DNA of 64,000 bases from Macrostomum lignano (Eukaryota): assembly GCA_002269645.1 (NCBI GenBank), contig NIVC01003711.1, forward strand, positions 17,320-81,319. Reading direction: 5' to 3'. The translations under genes and the position numbers were made by a program. The notes below the pieces were generated by a model, which searched no databases, was not told where the DNA came from, and saw only the letters and a program-made list of their open reading frames with translations. Position 1 is the stretch's first letter. Each line of letters begins with the position of its first letter. Below, one piece after another: positions 56,394 through 64,000 of the stretch.

Positions 56394-57999
56394 ATCGAAG
56401 TTATCAGTGAATTTGTACCACTTATATAATTCAACACTCACACCAAGTCAGGTAGAGTAAAAAGTCACGCGAAGCAGTTATGACATAATCAATTTCTTAG
56501 GCAAGTCAGTACCAGTGTCTATGAAAGCTAACAATATGGTTACGTAATATAAATTCAGTACTGCACTATACTTTCACACTCAAAGCTGTGACGCAATTCA
56601 ATTGAGTGTCAAATTCAGCCAGTACACAGACGATAAATAAAGTGTATTGTGATGCAATCTATTTCAGAATCAGAATTCAACCAGTCAGTTTTTTCTCTAG
56701 CATTTTTACAGTGCGTTTCAAGTCGAAATAGCTGCTTGACCTTTGCAAAAAAGCATGTTTTTCGAATATTTAATCCCTTTAGCATCGAGCAATTTCTTAG
56801 CCACGATGCATGTACCGTCACGGAAAAAATTTCTGATCGAATGGTGCAAGTTTGAACAAAATCGGTTGAGCCATTTTTTGCTAAAATCGATCACACACAC
56901 ACACACATACCGACAGACCATTTTTAGTATATGGACTAGCAATCTACGCCCCCCGTTGGGGAGCCAAAGAAATGCAATACACGTTTTTTTAATAAGCTAC
57001 ATGTATCCTTGAAATCTTAAAAAATCTCCTATCAAACCTTGTAAGCCTTGACATGTCAGTAATTCCCCCCCACAAGCTTTAACATATCAACTTCCCCTTG
57101 ACATCTCAGCAATGCCCCAATAAGCCTTGGAAATCTAAAAATATCTGTCAACCTTCTAACCCTAACCCTAACCTAACCCTAAAGCATTGAAATTTCAGTA
57201 ATTCTCTTTAAGAGTCATTATAGCACTACTACAGCATTATAGCGATTCCCTGCAAGCCTCGACATCGTAGGGATTCCCAAATGAATCTCTTAACTTCGAC
57301 ATGAAGCTTCTTTTATTTTTTACATTACGCTTTTTTTAATCAGCGATCCCTCCCTGAGGAGGCATCAAATAATGTAATAAAAAGTTTTCAATAAACTACA
57401 TGTAGCTTCTGACTTTAGCCTTGAAATCTCATTTATACCCCGTGAGCCTTGACATCTCAGCTATTCCCCCGTAAGCCTTAACATGTCAGCGATGGCGCCC
57501 ATAAACCTTGAAATCTAAAAAATCCCCTGTTATTCTGTTAACCTTGAAACGCCGATAAAATATAACCCTCAACCCAAACCTGACCTAAACCTAACTTTAA
57601 CCCAACCTAAAGCCTTGAAATCTCAGCAATTCTTCTCCCTAAGCCTTGACATTTTAGTGATTCCTTCTTTAAGAATCACAGCACTATAACGATTTCCACC
57701 AGCTTTGACATCGTAGCAATTCCCAAATGAATCTTTTAACTTCGACATGACTTTTCTTTTATGTATACATAGTGCTACTTTTATTTTTTACATGACTCTT
57801 CTTCTATCAGCGCCTCCCGTGGCGAGCCAACAAAGAATGCAATAAAAAAATTGAGTAAAGTACATGAACTTTGAATTAGCTTCTGACTTTTGCTTTGACA
57901 TCTCAGAAACCCCCCCCCGTAATCTCAGTTATTCTCTGAGAGCCTTGACGTCTCAGTTTTTCTCCCCAGCACAGCATTATAGCTGCATTTAATTTTTCA

Positions 58000-60900
58000 T
58001 GACACCTTTCATGTCTGATATGACGCTTCTTTTATTCTACTATGATGCTTCTTAATTTTTTAAATGACACTTTCATTAGTTTTTAAATGAGGCTTCTATG
58101 ATTTTTTCATGACGCTTCTATGATTTTTACATGACGCTTCTATGATTTTTAGATGACGCTTCGATGATTGTTTACATGACGCTTATATGATTTTTTACAT
58201 GACGCTTCTATGATTTTTAATGACGCTTCTATGATTTTTACATGACGCTTCTATGATTTTTTACATGACGCTTCTATGATTTTTAACATGACGCTTCTAT
58301 GATTTTTACATGACGCTTCTATGATTGTTTACATGACGCTTCTATGATTTTTTAAATGACGCTTCTATGATTTTTATATTACGCTTCTTGATTTTTTACA
58401 TGACGCTTCTATGATTTTTACACGATGCTTCTATGATTTTTACATGGCGCTTCTATGATTGTTTACATGCGCTTCTATGTATTTTTTATATGACGCTTCT
58501 ATGATTTTTTAAATGACGCTTCTACGATTTTTTACATGACGCTTCTATGATGTTTTAGATGACGCTTCTATGATTGTTTACATGACGCTTCTATGATTTT
58601 TACATGACGCTTCTATGATTGTTTACACGATGCTTCTATGATTTTTTACATGACGCTTCTATGATTTTTTACATGACGCTTCTATGATTTTTACATGACG
58701 CTTCTATGATTTTTACATGACGCTTCTATGATTTTTACATGACGCTTCTATGATTGTTTACATGACGCTTCTATGATTTTTTCATGACGCTTCTATGATT
58801 GTTTACATGACGCTTCTATGATTGTTTACATGACGCTTCTATGATTTTTAAATGACGTTTTGATTTTTATATGACGCTCTATGATTTTTTAAATGACGCT
58901 TCTATGATTTTTATATTACGCTCTTACGATTTTTTACATGACGCTTCTATGATTGTTTACACGATGCTTCTATGATTTTTTACATGACTCTTCTATGATT
59001 TTTACATGACGCTTCTATGATTGTTTACATGACGCTTATGATTTTTTACATGACGCTTCTATGATTGTTTACATGACGCTTCTATGATTGTTTACATGAC
59101 GCTTCTATGATTTTTTACATGACGCTTCTATGATTTTTACATGACGCTTCTATGATTTTTACATGACGCTTCCATGATTTTTTAATGACGCTTCTATGAT
59201 TTTTATGACGCTTCTACGATTTTTACATGACGCTTTATGATTTTTTACATGACGCTTCTCTGATTGTTTACATGACGCTTCTATGATTGTTTACACGACG
59301 CTTCTATGATTTTTTACATGACTTCTATGCTTTTTACATGATGCTTCCACGATTTTTTACATGACACTTCTAGATTTTTACATGACGCTTCTATGATTTT
59401 TAATGACGCTTCATGATTTTTACATGACGCTTCTATGATTGTTTACATGACGCTTCTATGATTTTTAAATGACGCTTCTATGATTTTTATATGACGCTTC
59501 TATGATTTTTTACATGACTCTTTTATGATTTTTACATGACGCTTCTTGATTGTTTACATGACGCTTCTATGATTGTTTACACGACGCTTCTATTATTTTT
59601 TACATGACGCTTCTATATTTTTTACATGACTCTTCTATGATTGTTTACATGACGCTTCTATGATTGTTTACATGACGCTTCTATGATTGTTTACATGGCG
59701 CTTCTATGATTGTTTACATGACGCTTCTATGATTGTTTACATGACGCTTCTATGATTTTTAATGACGTTTTGATTTTTATATGACGCTTCTATGATTTTA
59801 ATGACGCTTCTATGATTTTTATGACGCTCTTACGATTTTTACATGACGCTTCTATGATTGTTTACACGATGCTTCTATGATTTTTACATGACTCTTCTAT
59901 GATTTTTACATGACGCTTCTATGATTGTTTACATGACGCTTATATGATTTTTACATGACGCTTCTATGATTGTTTACATGACGCTTCTATGATTGTTTAC
60001 ATGACGCTTCTATGATTTTTAATGACGCTTCTATGATTTTTATATGACGCTTCTATGATTGTTTACATGACGCTTCTATGATTTTTACATGGCGCTTCTA
60101 TGATTGTTTACATGACGCTTCTATGATTGTTTATGACGCTTCTATGATTTTTAATGACGCTTCTACGATTTTTTACATGACGCTTTATGATGTTTTAGAT
60201 GACGCTTCTATGATTTTTTACATGACGCTTCTATGATTTTTACATGACGCTTCTATGATTGTTTACATGACGCTTCTATGATTGTTTGCATGACGCTTCT
60301 ATAATTTTTACATGACGCTTCTATGATTGTTTACATGACGCTTCTATGATTTTTTACATGACGCTTCTATGATTGTTTACATGACGCTTCTATGATTGTT
60401 TACATGACGCTTCTATGATTTTTAAATGACGCTTCTATGATTTTTACATGACGCTTCTATGATTTTTTACATGACGCTTCTATGATTGTTTACATGACGC
60501 TTCTATGATTGTTTACATGACGCTTCTATGATTGTTTATATGACGCTTCTATGATTTTTAATGACGCTTCTACGATTTTTACATGACGCTTTATGATGTT
60601 TTAGATGACGCTTCTATGATTTTTTACATGACGCTTCTATGATTTTTTACATGACGCTTCTATGATTGTTTACACGACGCTTCTATGATTTTTTACATGA
60701 CGCTTCTATGATTTTTACATGACGCTTCTATGATTGTTTACATGACGCTTCTATGATTGTTTATATGACGCTTCTATGATTTTTTACATGACGCTTCTAT
60801 GCTTTTTACATGACGCTTCTATGATTGTTTACACGATGCTTCTATGATTTTTTACATGACGCTTCTATGATTTTTACATGACGCTTCTATGATTTTTTAC

Positions 60901-61295
60901 ATGACGCTTCTATGATTATTTCATGACGCTTCTACGATTTCTGCAGGACGCTTCAATGATTTTTACATGACACCTCTATGATTTTTACATGACGCTTCTA
61001 TGATTTTTACATGACGCTTCTATGATTTTTTATATGACGCTTCTATGATTGTTTATATGACGCTTCTATGCTTTTTACATGACGCTTCTATGATTTTTTA
61101 CATGACTCTTCTATGATTGTTTACATGACGCTTCCATGATTGTTTACATGACGCTTCTATGATTTTTACATGACGCTTCTATGATTTTTTACATGACGCT
61201 TCTATGATTGTTTTCATGACGCTTCTATGATTTTTTAAATGATGCTGCTATGATTTTGTAAATGACGCTTCTATGATTTTTTAAATGATGCTTCT
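58000..61295. repeat. Expanded minisatellite A array (~3.3 kb)
   Basis: Direct reading. Confidence 0.96.
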
Positions 61296-61357
61296 TTTTA
61301 AAAAGTCTTTTAGTTTTCCTGACGTTGAAAAGCTTTAATTAAAAAAATTATACTCTA

Positions 61358-61420
61358 TGAAAATTCAAACATCGTCACTGCATTTAGCAGTTCAGTTGTT
61401 CACCTTTAGGCTAGCTCTCA
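61358..61420 (-). other. tRNA-derived module, copy 3 (B-box degenerate)
   Basis: TAGCCTAAAGG...AACTGCTAAAT...GTTTGAAT on the minus strand. Confidence 0.4.
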
Positions 61421-61893
61421 TCGTTTTGATAACATCAAATTTTGCACTTATATAACTCAACACTTTTAAATCCAAGCATAGAGTAAATCACACGAAGCAG
61501 TTATGACATAATCAGTTTCTCAGTCAGTCAGTATCAGTTAACAATATGGTTACGCAATTTAAATCAAGTCTGGTGCCTACGCTTCCACACTGCATTTTCA
61601 ATTCAAGTCGGAGTTACAATTCAGTTATGATGCAATATATTTCAGAGTCAGAATTCAACAGTCAGTTTTTTCTCTAGCATTCTTACAATGCATTTCAAGT
61701 CAAAGATTGCTTGACCTTTGCAAAAAAGCATGTTTTCGAATATTTAATGCCTTTAGCATCGAGCAATTTCTTAGCCACGATGCATGTACGTCACGGGAAA
61801 ATTTCTGATCGAACAGTGCAAGTTCGAACAAATCGGTCCACATTTTTCTCTAATCTATCACAATATATAACATCACATTTTTAGTATATAGGA

Positions 61894-64000
61894 CTAATAG
61901 CAATCTACGCCCCCCGTTGGGGAGCCAAATAAATGCAATACACGTTTTTTTAATAAGCTACATGTATCTTGAAATCTTAAAAAATCTCCTGTCAACCTTG
62001 TAAGCCTTGACATGTCAGTAATTCCCCCCCACAAGCTTTGACATATCAACTTCCCCCTTGACATCTCAGCAATGCCCCAATAAGCCTTGGAAATCTAAAA
62101 TATCTGTCAACCTTCTAACCCTAGCCTACCTAACCCTAACCCTAGCCCTAACCCTACCCTAACCTAACCTAACATTGAAATTTCAGTAATTCTCTCTAAG
62201 AGTCACTATAGCACTACTACAGCATTATAGCGATTTCCTGCAAGCCTCGACATCGTAGGGATTCCCAAATGAATCTTCTTAATTTCGACATGAAGCTTCT
62301 TTTATTTTTTACATTACGCTTTTTTATCAGCGATCCCTCCCCTGAGGAGGCATCAAATAATGTAAATAAAAAGTTTTCATAAACTACATGTAGCTTCTGA
62401 CTTTAGCCTTGAAATCTCATTTTATACCCGTGAGCCTTGAACATTCAGCTATTCCCCCCGTAAGCCTTAACATGTCAGCGATGGCCTCCATAAACCTTGA
62501 AATCTAAAAAATCCCCTGTTATTCTGTTACCTTGAACCCGATAAAATATAACCCTCAACCCACACCTGACCTAAACCTAACTTTAACCCAACCTAAAGCC
62601 TTGAAATCTCAGCAATTCTTCTCCCCTAAGCCTTGACATTTTAGTGATTCCTTCTTTAGAATCACAGCACTATAACGATTTCCACCAAGCTTTGACATCG
62701 TAGCATTCCAAATGAATCTTTTAACTTGAACATGACTTTCTTTTATGTATAGCTCGTACATACGCTCGTGTGCTACTTTTATTTTTTACATGACTCTTCT
62801 TCTATAGCGCCTTCCCGTGGCGAGCCAACAAAGAATGCAATAAAAAAATTGAGTAAAGTACATGAACTTTGAAGTAGCTTTGACTTTTGCTTTGACATCT
62901 CAGAAACCCCCCACGTAACTCAGCAGTTATTCTCTGAGAGCCTTTACGTCTCAGTTTTTCTCCCCACAGCATTATAGCTGCATTTAATTTTGATTTTTAT
63001 GATTTCTATGATTTTTAAATGACGCTTCTACGATTTTTACATGACGCTTCTATGAATTTTTTACATGACGCTTATATGATTTTTTACATGACGCTTCTAT
63101 GATTGTTCATGACGCTTCTATGATTTTTTAAATGACGCTTCTATGATTGTTTACATGACGCTTCTATGATTGTTTACATGACGCTTCTATGATTTTTTAC
63201 ATGACGCTTTCTATGATTGTTTACATGACGCTTCTATGATTGTTTACATGAGCTTCTATGATTGTTTACATGACGCTTCTATGATTTTTACGTGACGCTT
63301 TTATGATTTTCACATGACGCTTCTATGATTTTTAAATGACGCATCTATGTTTTTATATGACGCTTCTATGATTTTAATGACGTTCTATGATTGTTTACAT
63401 GATGCTTCTATGATTTTTTAAATGACGCATCTATGATTTTTTTACATGACGCTTCTATGATTCTTTTACATGACGCTTCTATGATTGTTTACATTGACGC
63501 TACTATGATTTTTTACATGATGCTTCTATGATTGTTTACATGACGCTTCTATGATTGTTTACATGACGCTTCTATGATTTTTTCATGACGCTTCTGTGAT
63601 TGTTTACATGACGCTTCTATGATTGTTTACATGATGCTTTTATGATTGTTACATGGACGCTTCTATGATTGTTTACATGACTCTTCTATGATTGTTTACA
63701 TGACGCTACTATGATTTTTTTACATGATGCTTCTATGATTGTTTACATGACGCTTCTATGATTGTTTACATGGACGCTTCTATGTTTTTCATGACGCTTC
63801 TATGATTGTTTACATGACTCTTCTATGATTTTTTACATGACGCTTCTATGGTTGTTTACATGACGCTTCTATGATTTTTACATGACGCTTCTATGATTTT
63901 TTATATGACGCTTCTATGATTTTTTTAATGATGCATCTATGATTTTTATATGACGCTTCTATGATTTTTACATGGACGCTTCTATGATTGTTTACATGAC
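61894..64000 (-). mobile_element. Third Helitron-like unit Z (3' part only; continues beyond the window)
   Basis: Same hairpin and arm sequence as unit Y from 61898. The terminus reads CTATTAG instead of CTAG. Confidence 0.6.
62995..64000. repeat. Minisatellite A array, runs off the window
   Basis: Direct reading. Confidence 0.95.

Larger units (their letters stand above)
51530..56935 (-). mobile_element. Non-autonomous Helitron-like unit X carrying three minisatellites
   Basis: On the minus strand it starts TCCATATACT (56935) and ends with a GC hairpin (GCCACCCC-GAA-GGGGGGC), then GCTAGATTG, then CTAG (51533-51530), then T. A (CA)n tract and a CAAAATCGGTTGAGCC motif lie near the 5' end. 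Confidence 0.7.
56936..61893 (-). mobile_element. Non-autonomous Helitron-like unit Y, head-to-tail with X
   Basis: Starts TCCTATATACT (61893) and ends with hairpin GCTCCCC-AAC-GGGGGGC, then GTAGATTG, then CTAG, joined directly to the TC of unit X. Shares ~1 kb and ~0.5 kb non-repetitive arms with X. Confidence 0.7.

Overview
Eukaryotic (metazoan) genomic DNA. GC-rich spliced exons sit in AT-rich, minisatellite-packed introns. The style is consistent with a flatworm such as Macrostomum, but that is inference and was not verified. Host genes reconstructed by splicing: class I histone deacetylase (HDAC1/2, first exon upstream of the window), CPEB2-4/Orb2-type RNA-binding protein, AF9/ENL-type YEATS protein (minus), RTN4IP1-like mitochondrial oxidoreductase, an intronless secreted ependymin-like protein, and a slicer-intact PIWI (minus). 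Mobile DNA: (1) a young full-length Ty3/gypsy LTR retrotransposon (29529-39150, 816-bp LTRs with 4 differences, ATAT target duplication); (2) a Merlin-type deletion derivative nested in an older related LTR remnant; (3) a head-to-tail array of non-autonomous Helitron-like units carrying expanded minisatellites and tRNA-like Pol III modules (51530 to window end). The LTR element is the most unusual object. It has a -1 frameshift with a predicted pseudoknot and iterated tRNA-Leu primer-binding sites inside U5. It also carries a non-env third ORF (480 aa, acidic N-terminus, Q/P/H repeats, helical C-terminal domain) preceded by CCAAT-TATA-Inr promoter signals and a splice acceptor, reminiscent of complex-retrovirus accessory genes. 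Most long ORFs in the ORF track over repeats are artefacts.
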